A stretch of DNA of 64,000 bases from an uncultured Planctomycetaceae bacterium (GTDB lineage: Bacteria > Planctomycetota > Planctomycetia > Planctomycetales > Planctomycetaceae): assembly GCA_963815195.1 (NCBI GenBank), contig CAWFGE010000020.1:1-64000 (forward strand), read 5' to 3'. Within the stretch, counting starts at the first letter, position 1. Each line of letters opens with the position of its first letter. Below the pieces are notes generated by a model. That model was not told where the DNA came from and made no database searches. It saw only the letters and a list, made by a program, of their open reading frames with translations. The position numbers and the translations under genes are program-made. This document shows positions 20,012-29,766 of this stretch, piece after piece.

Positions 20012-21080
20012 TCAATATCTGAGTACATAAGCCGGCGATTTGCTCAGCCGATCACGGTTTCTGATATAGGTGAGTGTCGTCCTGGGGTCGGAATGCCCGG
20101 CGAAATCCTGGAGGTCGATGATGTCACTCCCTTGCTCCCTCGCTGTGGTCAATGCGGTGACGCGGAACGAATGGACGGTGACGTTGGGATCGAGCTTCAG
20201 CCGGCGGACGTAGGCATCGACAAGTTTCTGAACCGCCCGTCGGGTCAGCGGTCTTTCCGCGAATTGCTTGGGCCGGCCTCGCAGATTGTCGGTCGAAAGC
20301 GCGGCGTCTTGATAGGTCGCGGGTTCGAGAACGGGACGGCCGACTCCGCGAGCGGTCTTTGCGGGGCGGAACAGCGGACCGTCCGCGATTCCAGCGACGG
20401 CGATCCATGTTTCGAGACGCTCGGCCGCTTCGGGGTGCAGCGGCACCAGCCGTTCCTTACCGCCCTTGCCGAAAATTTCCAGCACCCGGTGGACGCCGTT
20501 CTGCTTGTAATTCGCGACGCGGAGCCGGACCAGTTCCCCGACGCGGCAGCCCGTGAACGCGAGCACGGCGAACATCGCCCGGTCACGAATGCCCATCGCC
20601 GTGTCGGATGGGGGCGCATCGAGGAGATACCGACAGTCCCTGGGAACCAAGGCGACCGTCTTCCCATCGCGGGCGACGGCCGGAGCGTCCACGAAATCGG
20701 AATGGGCCGGGTTGGTTCCCAGATAACCGTAGGTCTGCAAATAGCTGAAGAGCGATCGCAGCGCCGTCATCTTGCGGCGGATCGAACTGTTGGTCAGCCC
20801 TTGCTGCCGGAGATGATCCCGCCATGCGGCGACATGGTGCGGCCGGACGCTGACCAGCGCATCCGGTTTGTCGCTGGGGATGCCGACGTGGGCCAGGAAC
20901 TGGCGAACGTCGCGTTCGTAATTGGAGCGGCGTGTCCGCCGACGGGGATTTCGCCAGCCATCCTCGGCAGGCTTCACGGATTTGGTCAGCGACGCCGGGA
21001 GGTGTCGCGTCGGGTTCGTTAACTACCGTTAAGAATTGACCGGCCGGGAGGGGGGAAAGTGCGAAGAGGTCCTGGGCCAT
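20012..21080 (-). CDS. XerC/D-like tyrosine recombinase (apparent frameshift near 20935)
   Basis: IRRKMTALRSLFSYL, RDRAMFAVLAFTGCRVGEL, GKGGKER, HSFR, AGHSDPRTTLTY. Confidence 0.92.
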
Positions 21081-21081
21081 C

Positions 21082-21117
21082 GTATGGTTCGCCTAAAGTT
21101 GGTTAGGCGAACCATAC
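21082..21117. other. Symmetric dif/loxP-like recombination site
   Basis: GTATGGTTCGCCTAA-AGTTGG-TTAGGCGAACCATAC: perfect 15-bp inverted arms, 6-bp asymmetric spacer, one base from the recombinase start codon. Confidence 0.8.
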
Positions 21118-21176
21118 AGGGCACAGAGGTTTCGCGCAAGGAAAAATAGCCGACATCCAATCGGAAGGAGCGAACC

Positions 21177-21692
21177 ATGAATAAAAAGCGACTTCAAGAC
21201 TGGGCCGTCAATGACCTGGAACGACTGCTTCGGGACTTGAAGAATTTCTTCCGCGGAAGGTCCGTGCGCGACGGAAATGACGCGGAAGAACTTGCTCAGA
21301 AAGTCGTCTTTAAAGGACTGGAGCAGGGCGAACTCGATGCCCCCCGAGCCTTTCTGTTTGGAATAGCGAGGAACGAATTCAAAACATATTTTCGAGAGCG
21401 GATACGTCGGCAGAGGCTGCTCGGGGAACAGATTCCGCTGGACCAGGTCGCGGGGGGAGACGACCCATTGGATTTATCGATCCGGAATGAGTTGAAGACA
21501 ATTGTTGGTAAGGGCATGGACCAATTACCGCATTCAACTGCGCGATACGTTGACTTGTATTTGAGCGGTGAGTGTTTTGCGGAAATCGCTAGGCTGGTCA
21601 ATGTTCCGGAACAGGTCGTCCGTCGTGCGATTGGGAGGGGATTGAAACAGCTTCGGCCTCTGCTAGTCGATTATGGCGATGTGGGTCAATAG
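21177..21692 (+). CDS. ECF-type sigma-70 family factor
   Basis: DAEELAQKV, RAFLFGIARN (region 2); FAEIARLVNVPEQVVRRAIGRGLKQLR (region 4). Confidence 0.8.
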   Translation: MNKKRLQDWAVNDLERLLRDLKNFFRGRSVRDGNDAEELAQKVVFKGLEQGELDAPRAFLFGIARNEFKTYFRERIRRQRLLGEQIPLDQVAGGDDPLDLSIRNELKTIVGKGMDQLPHSTARYVDLYLSGECFAEIARLVNVPEQVVRRAIGRGLKQLRPLLVDYGDVGQ

Positions 21693-21733
21693 ATTCCGTG
21701 AGACGGCTCGCGACTATGCGAATACGGCAGTGA

Positions 21734-22240
21734 CTACGGAGTGGGAGGGCCATTTTTGCTGTTGTTTCCAAGAATCGCGCGAATGAGCCGATTAAAGCGG
21801 GCTTCGTCGATGGATTCGACGATTCGTGCATCGGCATCGCTCCGAAACTTGAATGGGTTGACGAGAACGGGTCCTTCCCGCGTTTCCTGATAGGCAGAAA
21901 GCAGAACGTCGGGAATATCTGCGCAAACGTCCCCAGTCCCTGCTCTCAGGAAGGCCGCGTCCTGTAGTTCAGCGATTACGTCGGGCGTCACTTCATTTCG
22001 GCGTCCCTGCACGATGGTTACGAGTGCATGAAAGAGTCGCGGTTCTACCCTGAGCAGACGCTCCAAACTCCGCAAAGACGCGATGGCGCGCGCGGCGTCT
22101 ACTTCTGCACCATTTTTAAGCGTGAGTCTATTCCGTTCTTGTTCTTCCAACGATCCCTCCCTGGATCGGTCCGGCAGCATCGGTTCCGGATCAATGGACA
22201 CTTTCGCGTCGGTCGCCTGCTTCGCATGAACCATTTTCAA
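21734..22240 (-). CDS. Hypothetical protein
   Basis: 168-aa ORF; start codon uncertain. Confidence 0.55.
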   Translation of the reverse strand: MKMVHAKQATDAKVSIDPEPMLPDRSREGSLEEQERNRLTLKNGAEVDAARAIASLRSLERLLRVEPRLFHALVTIVQGRRNEVTPDVIAELQDAAFLRAGTGDVCADIPDVLLSAYQETREGPVLVNPFKFRSDADARIVESIDEARFNRLIRAILGNNSKNGPPTP

Positions 22241-22451
22241 TGGATTCCTTTGCTCAGATTGTCTCGGACCAGCGCTGCCAATGTCTGGACGTTAAGAGAC
22301 GCGGCGGGGAAATGTCAAGAAAATCGTTGCTGATTCGCAAAAAAGTTGTCGCTTCAAGCGGGTGTGCGCGTGGAATAAGTGGGGGCGTCGCCTTGTACGT
22401 GGGCGAGGCTGGCCCCTGGTAAACCCCATTTTATCAAGAAAGGGCGAGACG

Positions 22452-23279
22452 ATGGAAAGGAAATCGCTGAGGCGAGAACTCGTGCGAAAGCTCCTCGATG
22501 AATTCATCCTCCCGGAACAGGTGCGAAAGAAATTCAACGAACAGCGGATTCGTGAATTGGGGGAGAGCATGCTGCTGCATGGGCAACTTCAGCCTGTCGG
22601 GGCACGGACCGATGGGACGCTGCGGTGGGGCTTTCGGCGATGGCACGCGGCGAAACTGGTGGGGCTGGACTCCCTGGACGCGCTCATTACGGACGAAGAG
22701 TTGAGTGAATCGGAAATCATCGTCCTGCAACTTACGGAAAACCTGCACCGGCAATCGCTGACGGCCTGGGAAATGTACGAGGCGTGCGACATGCTGTTGC
22801 AACTTCGGCCCGACTGGAAAATCACCGATCTGGCAAACCAATTGAATCGCGACCCGAGTTCTTTGACTCGAACCCTGTCGCCGTCTCGCACCATTCCAGC
22901 CGTCAGAGAGGCGCTCAAGGCGGGAAAGATCGGCGTCAGCGACTGCTACGCGATGAGCAAAGAGAGCGAAGATCGGCAGGCGGAACTGCTGGAGATGAAA
23001 CTCAACGGTGCGAGCCGCGACGAAATCGAACGCGCCCGCCGGCAACCGAAGCCGAAACCCAAACTGAAGCGCAAGACTCCGCGTCCCCGATTGAGTGAAA
23101 TGCGATGCCCGCTTCCGGGAGGCGGGAAATTGTCGCTGTGCGCGGAAACGCTCACGATGGACGCCGTTTTAGAGATGCTGATGGAGATGGTCGAGGCGGT
23201 GAAGAATTCGATTCAGGAAAATCATGACATCAGCCAATTCGCGTCGACGACGTGCGGGAACTTCAAGGCAGGAGGGTAG
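22452..23279 (+). CDS. ParB/RepB/Spo0J family protein
   Basis: QVRKKF, ELGESMLLHGQLQPV, GFRRWHAAK, LQLTENLHRQSL, HTH ITDLANQLNRDPSSLTR. Confidence 0.88.
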   Translation: MERKSLRRELVRKLLDEFILPEQVRKKFNEQRIRELGESMLLHGQLQPVGARTDGTLRWGFRRWHAAKLVGLDSLDALITDEELSESEIIVLQLTENLHRQSLTAWEMYEACDMLLQLRPDWKITDLANQLNRDPSSLTRTLSPSRTIPAVREALKAGKIGVSDCYAMSKESEDRQAELLEMKLNGASRDEIERARRQPKPKPKLKRKTPRPRLSEMRCPLPGGGKLSLCAETLTMDAVLEMLMEMVEAVKNSIQENHDISQFASTTCGNFKAGG

Positions 23280-23283
23280 GACG

Positions 23284-24741
23284 ATGTTTTTCAGAAGAAA
23301 GAAACAGAAACAGAAAGCGAAGCCCAAGGTGTCCGATCCGCTCGATACGCCTCTGCTGTCATGGTCGGAGCACGACCGCTTGACGGTGCGAGGTTTGCTC
23401 AACGGGGGCGTGGCCATACTGGGGGCTACGGGTAGCGGGAAAAGCAGTTCGTCCGGCCGCCTGCTCGCGCGTAGCATCCTGGCCCAACGTAACAACGGCG
23501 GGCTGTGGATATGCGCCAAGCCGGACGATGCTGCGCATGTGCGGGCGCTTTTTGCGGAGGCGTCTCGGCTCGATGATCTGGTGGTTTTTTCACCGGAGGA
23601 GAATTGGCGGTTTAACTTTCTGGATTACGAAATGCGCCGGGGCGGACATACCCGGAACATCGTCAAGCTCATCATGACGATCGGCGAAACGCTTCGGGCC
23701 GGTGAATCTAAGGGCACGGAGGACGCGGCTTTTTGGGAGATGGCACAGGAAAGAATGCTGTACAACGCGGTGCAGATTCTCAAAGTGGCTTTCGATCGCG
23801 TGGATGCCCCGACGTTGCAGCGATTCATCATGGGGGCGGCGCACGGTCCGGAGGAGATCGGCACCAGTGCCTGGCGGGACGGGTTTCATAATCAATGTAT
23901 AAAGGCGGCGTATCTGAAGCCGAAATCGCCCGTCGACGAACACGATTGCCGTTTGGCGTTCGACTACTGGCTGAGTGAATATGTGAACATGGCTCCTAAG
24001 ACACGAAGTTCGATTGAAGTGGGCGTCAACGGAACTTTACATGTGTTCAATACCGGAATAGTTCGATCGCTTGTTTCGGATAAGTCAAACATTTCTCCTG
24101 ACGATATGTGCAACAAAAAATGGGTCATGGTCGATATGTGCCCGTCGGAATGGGGCGAGTTAGGAAAAATCGTCAATTCTGGTTGGAAGTACCTTACCCA
24201 ACAAATGATCCTCCGCCGCGAACCGGTGGAAGGCGATCCGATTGTTGTCATTTTTTCGGACGAAGCCCAGGAATTTTTAACGTCTGTCGATAGTTCGTTC
24301 CTGGCACGTTGCCGTTCGCACTATGGGTGCATGTGTGTACTTACGCAATCTATTTCAAGCCTGTATGCGGTGCTCAAGGGGCCGGCGGGCCGTCACCAGG
24401 CCGACTCGCTGCTGGGGAACTTCGGACACCTCGTAGTGCATGCCTGCGATCCGATTTCGGCGGATTGGGCCAGCCAAAAGCTGGGAAAATCCCTTGAGAC
24501 TTTTATCGGCGGCTCGATGGCTCCGAGCGGAAACGTGTGGGACGAACTGGTGGGAAAATCCCAGTACACGGCGAACTTCAGCGAGCACTATGAGCCGATC
24601 TTGCAGCCGAACGTTTTCATGAACGGGCTGCGAACCGGCGGCAAAGTGAATGGACTGATTTGTGACGGGATTGTCATACGCAACGGGCGGCCCTTCTCTA
24701 ACGGTCAGAATTACCTGCGGGTCGCGTTCTCGCAGAAGTGA
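23284..24741 (+). CDS. Type IV coupling-protein-like ATPase (TraG/TraD/VirD4 family) with no obvious transmembrane anchor
   Basis: Walker A GATGSGKS, FNFLDYE, Walker B IFSDEAQ, ARCRS, LTQSIS, LLGNF, SADWASQKLG. Confidence 0.85.
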   Translation: MFFRRKKQKQKAKPKVSDPLDTPLLSWSEHDRLTVRGLLNGGVAILGATGSGKSSSSGRLLARSILAQRNNGGLWICAKPDDAAHVRALFAEASRLDDLVVFSPEENWRFNFLDYEMRRGGHTRNIVKLIMTIGETLRAGESKGTEDAAFWEMAQERMLYNAVQILKVAFDRVDAPTLQRFIMGAAHGPEEIGTSAWRDGFHNQCIKAAYLKPKSPVDEHDCRLAFDYWLSEYVNMAPKTRSSIEVGVNGTLHVFNTGIVRSLVSDKSNISPDDMCNKKWVMVDMCPSEWGELGKIVNSGWKYLTQQMILRREPVEGDPIVVIFSDEAQEFLTSVDSSFLARCRSHYGCMCVLTQSISSLYAVLKGPAGRHQADSLLGNFGHLVVHACDPISADWASQKLGKSLETFIGGSMAPSGNVWDELVGKSQYTANFSEHYEPILQPNVFMNGLRTGGKVNGLICDGIVIRNGRPFSNGQNYLRVAFSQK

Positions 24742-24834
24742 TAGAGAGCAAACTTGATTTCGCCGTGTGGCGATCAGCGCTGACGGTACGTACCACGATC
24801 GCCTGGACCGAGTGGCCAGGCCGGGAGCAGAAAC

Positions 24835-25395
24835 ATGCAAACGAACCCATCGCAATCATCACAGGATGATCGGTTCAGTATGAAGGACAGCTTCAATGCG
24901 ATGCTGTTCGTTGCCCAGGCGCATGCCGCTTGCCTTTGGGTGTTCCTCCGCAGGGGCATCGGCGTCGAGGCGCTTCGGGGACATGGCGCTGCCGCCTTCA
25001 TGCTGATGCTCATAATCTGCGCCGCCGGCTCGGAGTCGATGCTGGTTTATCTGGCCCTGTGGACCGTCTTCGCGGCGCGCCAGCGGTGGAAGGCGGACCC
25101 GGAGCAGCATTCGCGATACACGGGCTTCCCGGCCGTGGCGATCAAGATTCCGGGTTTCCGGTCGGAGAAGCAGGCCAAGGCCGCCGAGTGCCTGCTGTGC
25201 CTGTTCGTGGGCGTGCTGCTCATGCCGATCGACGAGGGGATCGGCGCTTTCGTGGCCGCGGGCACTTTTTCTCTGGGCTTCGTCGAAGGCGTCAGCCGGG
25301 AGATTAACCGGCAGCGTGTGCAACGGATGCGCGACGCACAAATTGAGCATCAACAACTCGCGGAGCGGTTTCGCGGGGAACGTGACGACTTTTAA
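24835..25395 (+). CDS. Hypothetical membrane protein
   Basis: About four hydrophobic segments; HSRYTGFP motif; charged C-terminal helix. Confidence 0.75.
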   Translation: MQTNPSQSSQDDRFSMKDSFNAMLFVAQAHAACLWVFLRRGIGVEALRGHGAAAFMLMLIICAAGSESMLVYLALWTVFAARQRWKADPEQHSRYTGFPAVAIKIPGFRSEKQAKAAECLLCLFVGVLLMPIDEGIGAFVAAGTFSLGFVEGVSREINRQRVQRMRDAQIEHQQLAERFRGERDDF

Positions 25396-25409
25396 TTGAA
25401 AGGAAAGCT

Positions 25410-25685
25410 ATGGCTGATGAACTCGAAGCACAGGACCGGCCGTCTTTTTCGGGACCGCTCCTGGCCGCATTACGCCAAGGATCAAAGGAAATGGTCGCGG
25501 TTTTACCTGCATTTCCTGATAGTATACAGGTCGTTAATGAACCAGGCACTTTGGGAAACCCGACTCCGCAATTGGTGACCGAGCAAATCAGCGCCGGTCA
25601 GGACTTTAACCGCATGCTCGACGGCTACGCTGCGATGTCGCAGGATGGCCCCGAGCGGTCTCAAGAATCGGAGATTGAACGATGA
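25410..25685 (+). CDS. Hypothetical protein
   Basis: 91 aa, AAGGA RBS, ends ESEIER. Confidence 0.65.
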   Translation: MADELEAQDRPSFSGPLLAALRQGSKEMVAVLPAFPDSIQVVNEPGTLGNPTPQLVTEQISAGQDFNRMLDGYAAMSQDGPERSQESEIER

Positions 25686-25992
25686 TCGACTCACCCAATG
25701 TTCGACGTTAGACGTTATTCGTTTTCGGCGTGATTGCCTGGATGCTCTACATGATGACGTTCCGCACGGAGGAATGGCTGAACCTGGTTGAGTCGGACCG
25801 GAAACAGAAAGAGACAATGTTGAAGGGCCTTGGTAAGGCCGCAAAGGGAGGCGTCTGGCTCGCGAGCTTGTTCATAAAGAGAAAGTGAATTGGGGTTGTC
25901 GCACTGGGCGCGACTTCGGAACTGGAATGCCTATGTTCATCTGGGAGCGGGGAACGCGGTTCCCCGCCATCTTTCCACGAAAGGCAAAAAAA

Positions 25993-26199
25993 ATGGAAGA
26001 GTATTACGTACCGATTGGTCTCGGCGTTTTTATGCGTGATTTGCGCTTGATTGACTCACGGAGCGACGAGCGACGAATCAAGACAATCCTGGAGGCAAAC
26101 GACCAAATGTGGAACGACATCATCAGCAAACACCAAGAAACGATCGCGAAGGCGTATGAGGAGGGACACCCCTGCACGTTCAGGATCAAACGAAATTAG
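25993..26199 (+). CDS. Hypothetical protein
   Basis: 68-aa ORF MEEYYVPIGLG... Confidence 0.45.
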   Translation: MEEYYVPIGLGVFMRDLRLIDSRSDERRIKTILEANDQMWNDIISKHQETIAKAYEEGHPCTFRIKRN

Positions 26200-26570
26200 G
26201 CGAATGGAACGCGAGCGGCCTGTTCGTCGGTCGCGTGCATTCGGAGAGTGATGTTCCGGCGGGGAGTCCGCTCCCCGCCATAACTTGAGAAAGGATTTAT
26301 TTGAAATGTTTCAGTTCATTGCGGTCGTCGTTCGCCGGATTCGCGTTTCGATTTTTCCGGTCATCGAAGGCTTGTGCCTGAAGTGGCACATTTCGGTATG
26401 AGCCGCCAAAAGCGGCACGGCGGACCCGTTTCATTGGGGGCCGACCTGAGAAGCGTTATGCGTGAAAAGCGGAAGGTATTCATCAACTGTTGAACTCGAT
26501 TGAAAGGCGTGCCCGTGCAGAAGCCCAAGATGATCTTACCATCCCAAAGTGAACCTCGCCCCAGGAGGCT

Positions 26571-26771
26571 ATGCTTTCGATCAAGGATGTTGCAGCGCGA
26601 CTGGGGGTTTCGGTTTCGTTCGCGCATAAGCTCGTTCGCAACGGCGACATCGAAAGCTATCGATTCGGGCGATGTCGCCGGGTCAGCGAAGAGCAACTTC
26701 AAAGGTATCTTGAGGAGTCCTTGGAGGATTCGGTAAGCAGCGTCGCGGATCGCAAATTGAAATACTTTTAG
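26571..26771 (+). CDS. Excisionase-like HTH protein
   Basis: MLSIKDVAARLGVSVSFAHKLVRNGDIESYRFGRCRRVSEEQL; AGGAGG RBS; convergent with and overlapping the integrase stop. Confidence 0.9.
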   Translation: MLSIKDVAARLGVSVSFAHKLVRNGDIESYRFGRCRRVSEEQLQRYLEESLEDSVSSVADRKLKYF

Positions 26772-27796
26772 GCCCGATTCTCCGTTGAATCACTTTTAGG
26801 GTCTCTGGGGGCCTTCACGCGTTTGGCTTGCTCGTGCAAGAAGGCCCGTTCGCGGGCGAGGTGCTGGTATGTCCGAGCGACTTGGCTGGCATCCTGATGG
26901 CCCATCAAATGGCCGAGCACAACGGAATCGACATCGTTGGTCAAGCCTTCGGTGGCGTAAGAATGTCGGACCCCGTAAGCGATGCAGCGGAAGCCGACTT
27001 TTTTCGAGATGCGGGTGAGTCGGCACTTGATGGCGTCTTTGGTCCAGGCGTTGCCCGCCGTGTTGCGAAACAGAGGGCCGTTCGGATGTTGGTCAATCAA
27101 CCGTGAGACGATGGCCGCGGCCTCGTCGTCCAAAAAAATGACGCGTTCGTGGACGCCGCCCTTGGCGAGGGATGGCGGCAAAACACAGATTTGCTGATCG
27201 AGATCAACATGAATTGCTTCCAGGACGCGGGCCTCTTGGGGACGACAACCGGTGGCCCAAAGGAAATCCAGCAAATCGCGAAATTCCGGGTCGGGGACGT
27301 GAGCGAGAATTTGGCCCCACTGTTCAGAGGTGTAATAGATTTCTCGGCGCGTGCGGCGGGGTTTCTTAATTTTCGGCAAAGGAGATTTCTCGATGTGCCC
27401 CTCTTCCAAGGCCCAATTGAAAACCCGCAACACGATCGTGATGGCGTCGTTCTGCGACGTGGTGGAGAGGTCCAACTCGTCGATCCACGCAGTGAGGTGC
27501 TTTTTGCGAAGCTTGGCGATCGGAAGACGCGTCCCCAGAGTCGCAATGAAGCTTTGGAGATAGTGCTTGTGTTTTTCGAAGGTGGCCGGTTTTCGGTGGG
27601 TTCGGCACCAGTCGAGGTAGACATCGCAAAGCTGGGCGACGGTGGCGAGGGTTTCCACGGAGGCTTGTTCGGCCATGATTTCGTGGTAACGCTGCCAGGC
27701 TTGTTTTTTGTCTTTGCCGAGGGGGTATTGTTTTCCGCGGATGGTGACGTACCAACTTTTGGTGAATTTGCGGAAAAACGGCTTGGGTTGTCGCAT
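26768..27796 (-). CDS. Phage-type tyrosine integrase
   Basis: N-terminal arm-like domain, ATGCRPQE, AKGG, YGVRHSYAT, LMGH, ARTYQH; starts 130 bp from the tRNA 3' end. Confidence 0.93.
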   Translation of the reverse strand: MRQPKPFFRKFTKSWYVTIRGKQYPLGKDKKQAWQRYHEIMAEQASVETLATVAQLCDVYLDWCRTHRKPATFEKHKHYLQSFIATLGTRLPIAKLRKKHLTAWIDELDLSTTSQNDAITIVLRVFNWALEEGHIEKSPLPKIKKPRRTRREIYYTSEQWGQILAHVPDPEFRDLLDFLWATGCRPQEARVLEAIHVDLDQQICVLPPSLAKGGVHERVIFLDDEAAAIVSRLIDQHPNGPLFRNTAGNAWTKDAIKCRLTRISKKVGFRCIAYGVRHSYATEGLTNDVDSVVLGHLMGHQDASQVARTYQHLARERAFLHEQAKRVKAPRDPKSDSTENRA

Positions 27797-27844
27797 CGTT
27801 TGGCCTCCCGAGTATGGAACCAGCGAGTCGGAAGGCTCGTATTT

Positions 27845-27879
27845 GGGACTCACCACGTGCCGGTGGTGAGTCCCTTTTT
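27845..27879. terminator. Terminator-like hairpin between tRNA and integrase
   Basis: GGGACTCACCAC-gtgccg-GTGGTGAGTCCC followed by TTTTT on the plus strand. Confidence 0.6.
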
Positions 27880-27925
27880 GTGCAACAAACTGTGCAATTC
27901 TTGAAGTGAATCGTCCTAAGTCAAG

Positions 27926-27999
27926 TCGGGGCGACAAGATTTGAACTTGCGACCTCTGCGTCCCGAACGCAGCGCTCTACCAGGCTGAGCCACGCCCCG
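27926..27999 (-). tRNA. tRNA-Pro (anticodon CGG)
   Basis: Minus strand CGGGGCGTGGCTCAGCCTGGTAGAGCGCTGCGTTCGGGACGCAGAGGTCGCAAGTTCAAATCTTGTCGCCCCGA folds as a cloverleaf; CCA not encoded. Confidence 0.97.
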
Positions 28000-28287
28000 T
28001 GGAAGGTTGTCTTCGATTGCTAAACTCGCTCTTGGTCATCCGCTCATGGGGTTGCCCAATAGGACAGCCTTGGTGAATGGGAAAGATCAAGGTCACGTGA
28101 TTTTAGCGAGATTACAAGTCAGGTCAACTCTGAGGGAACCAATTGAAGGTGCATCGGTGGAGAGGCTCGGTGAAGGATTTTTCCCATGATGCTTGATGGG
28201 GGCTGGGGGGCTTGCTACGTTATTTTTACGTTGCCAGGTTCGCTCGGCCCGTTTTCCTCAGGATCACGCGAGGAAGAGTTTTCGCAT

Positions 28288-28355
28288 TCATCAGCCGCCG
28301 GGCGTTAGTCCCGGTTCATTGGGAGAACCGGACGCTCGCGCGTTTTGGCTGGTGA
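28288..28355. repeat. REP-like doublet (ATCAGCCG family)
   Basis: ATCAGCCGCCGGGCGTTAGTCCCGGTT...AACCGG...GGCTGGTGA; a related half copy lies at about 46213-46240. Confidence 0.55.
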
Positions 28356-28428
28356 TTCGAAAGGATTTTCTCGAGCCTTGCTCAGTCTGCCGAGTCCCAC
28401 CGACACTCTCTGAAAAAGGGCATTTGGA

Positions 28429-29733
28429 ATGCGACGCGGAATGATTGCGATTTTGGCCGGCTGCGGTTTGGGGATTCTCTTGGCACAGGCCGTCCACGCC
28501 GAGAACTGGCCCCAATGGCGGGGCCCGGGCAGCAACGGCATTTCCACCGAGAAAAACCTGCCCGTCCAATGGGACAAGAAAAGCCACGTCGCCTGGCGGC
28601 TGCCTTTGCCCGGGCGAGCCGGGGCCACGCCTTGCGTGTGGAAGGATTCGATCTTTCTCACCTCGGCCACCGAAGACGGGTCGCTCGTGCTGTTGTGCGT
28701 CGGGACCGACGGCAAGGAACGCTGGCGGCGGACGATTGTCGAGTCCGGCAACAAAACCGTCCGCGGCGATGAAGGCAACATGGCCTCGCCTTCGCCCTCG
28801 ACCGATGGCAAATACGTCTGGACGATGATGGGCACCGGCGATCTGGCCTGCTTCGATTTCGCCGGGAATGAAATCTGGAAATTCAACCTGCAGGACCGCT
28901 ACGGGCAGTTTCGCATCCAGTTCGGCATGGCCTCCACGCCCGTGCTTTACGGCGAGCGGTTGTACTTGCAACTGATCCACGGCGACGGCAAAGCCGAGAC
29001 CGAGGAAGCCCGCGTGGTCGCCCTCGATAAGACCACAGGCAAGGAATTCTGGAAAGCCCCGCGCATGACCGGGGCCTCCAACGAAAACGAGCATTCCTAC
29101 GCGTCGCCCATGCTCTACGATGATGGGAAGCTGCAATATCTCCTCACGCACGGGGCGGATTACACCATCGCCTACAACCTGGAAGACGGCTCGGAACGCT
29201 GGCGGCTGGAAGGCTTGAACCCGCACGATGATCCCGCCCGCAGGTATCATCCCACGCTCCGCTTTGTCGCGTCCCCGGCGGCGAACGAAGGCATGGTCGT
29301 CGTGCCCACCGCGAAGAACGGGCCGGTGATCGCGCTCAAAGGCGATGCAAAGGGCACGGTCGATGCCGACTCGGACGCCCACCTCTGGACCCGCCCGCAA
29401 AACACGCCGGACGTGCCTTCGCCGCTGATTAAGGACGGGCTCGTGTATCTCTGCCGGGAGAACGGCAACCTGATCTGCCTCGATGCCCAGAGCGGCAAGG
29501 AATTCTACGAGCAGCGGACGCAACGCGGCCGGCACCGCGCTTCGCCGGTGTATGCCGACGGCAAAATCTACCTTACGTCCCGCGATGGCAAGATCACGGT
29601 CGTGAAAGCCGGGAAGGATTTTGAGATTCTCGCCGAAAACGATCTGGCAGAAGAAATTTCCGCTTCCCCGGCGATCTCGAACGGGACGATTTACCTGAGA
29701 ACGTTCGACGCGTTGTGGGCGATCCGCAAGTGA
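28429..29733 (+). CDS. Secreted PQQ-like beta-propeller repeat protein
   Basis: Signal peptide, ENWPQWRGP start, repeated ASP/STP...GKE.W blades, SASPAISNGTIYLRT. Confidence 0.92.
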   Translation: MRRGMIAILAGCGLGILLAQAVHAENWPQWRGPGSNGISTEKNLPVQWDKKSHVAWRLPLPGRAGATPCVWKDSIFLTSATEDGSLVLLCVGTDGKERWRRTIVESGNKTVRGDEGNMASPSPSTDGKYVWTMMGTGDLACFDFAGNEIWKFNLQDRYGQFRIQFGMASTPVLYGERLYLQLIHGDGKAETEEARVVALDKTTGKEFWKAPRMTGASNENEHSYASPMLYDDGKLQYLLTHGADYTIAYNLEDGSERWRLEGLNPHDDPARRYHPTLRFVASPAANEGMVVVPTAKNGPVIALKGDAKGTVDADSDAHLWTRPQNTPDVPSPLIKDGLVYLCRENGNLICLDAQSGKEFYEQRTQRGRHRASPVYADGKIYLTSRDGKITVVKAGKDFEILAENDLAEEISASPAISNGTIYLRTFDALWAIRK

Positions 29734-29766
29734 TTCATTGAGGAGCAATGGAAATCGGGGCGTCAT

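Larger units (their letters stand above)
4870..27999. mobile_element. tRNA-Pro-integrated mobilisable element with a plasmid-type replicon (left boundary uncertain)
   Basis: Integrase and excisionase next to the tRNA 3' end; relaxase, T4CP-like ATPase, ArdC, parA, repA and iterons; no second att copy found. Confidence 0.8.

Noticed and set aside
20012..21080. Recombinase considered as the integron integrase for the attC array
   Set aside because: I could not recognise the IntI-specific signature; it has its own symmetric site and lies 20 kb from the array in a different element
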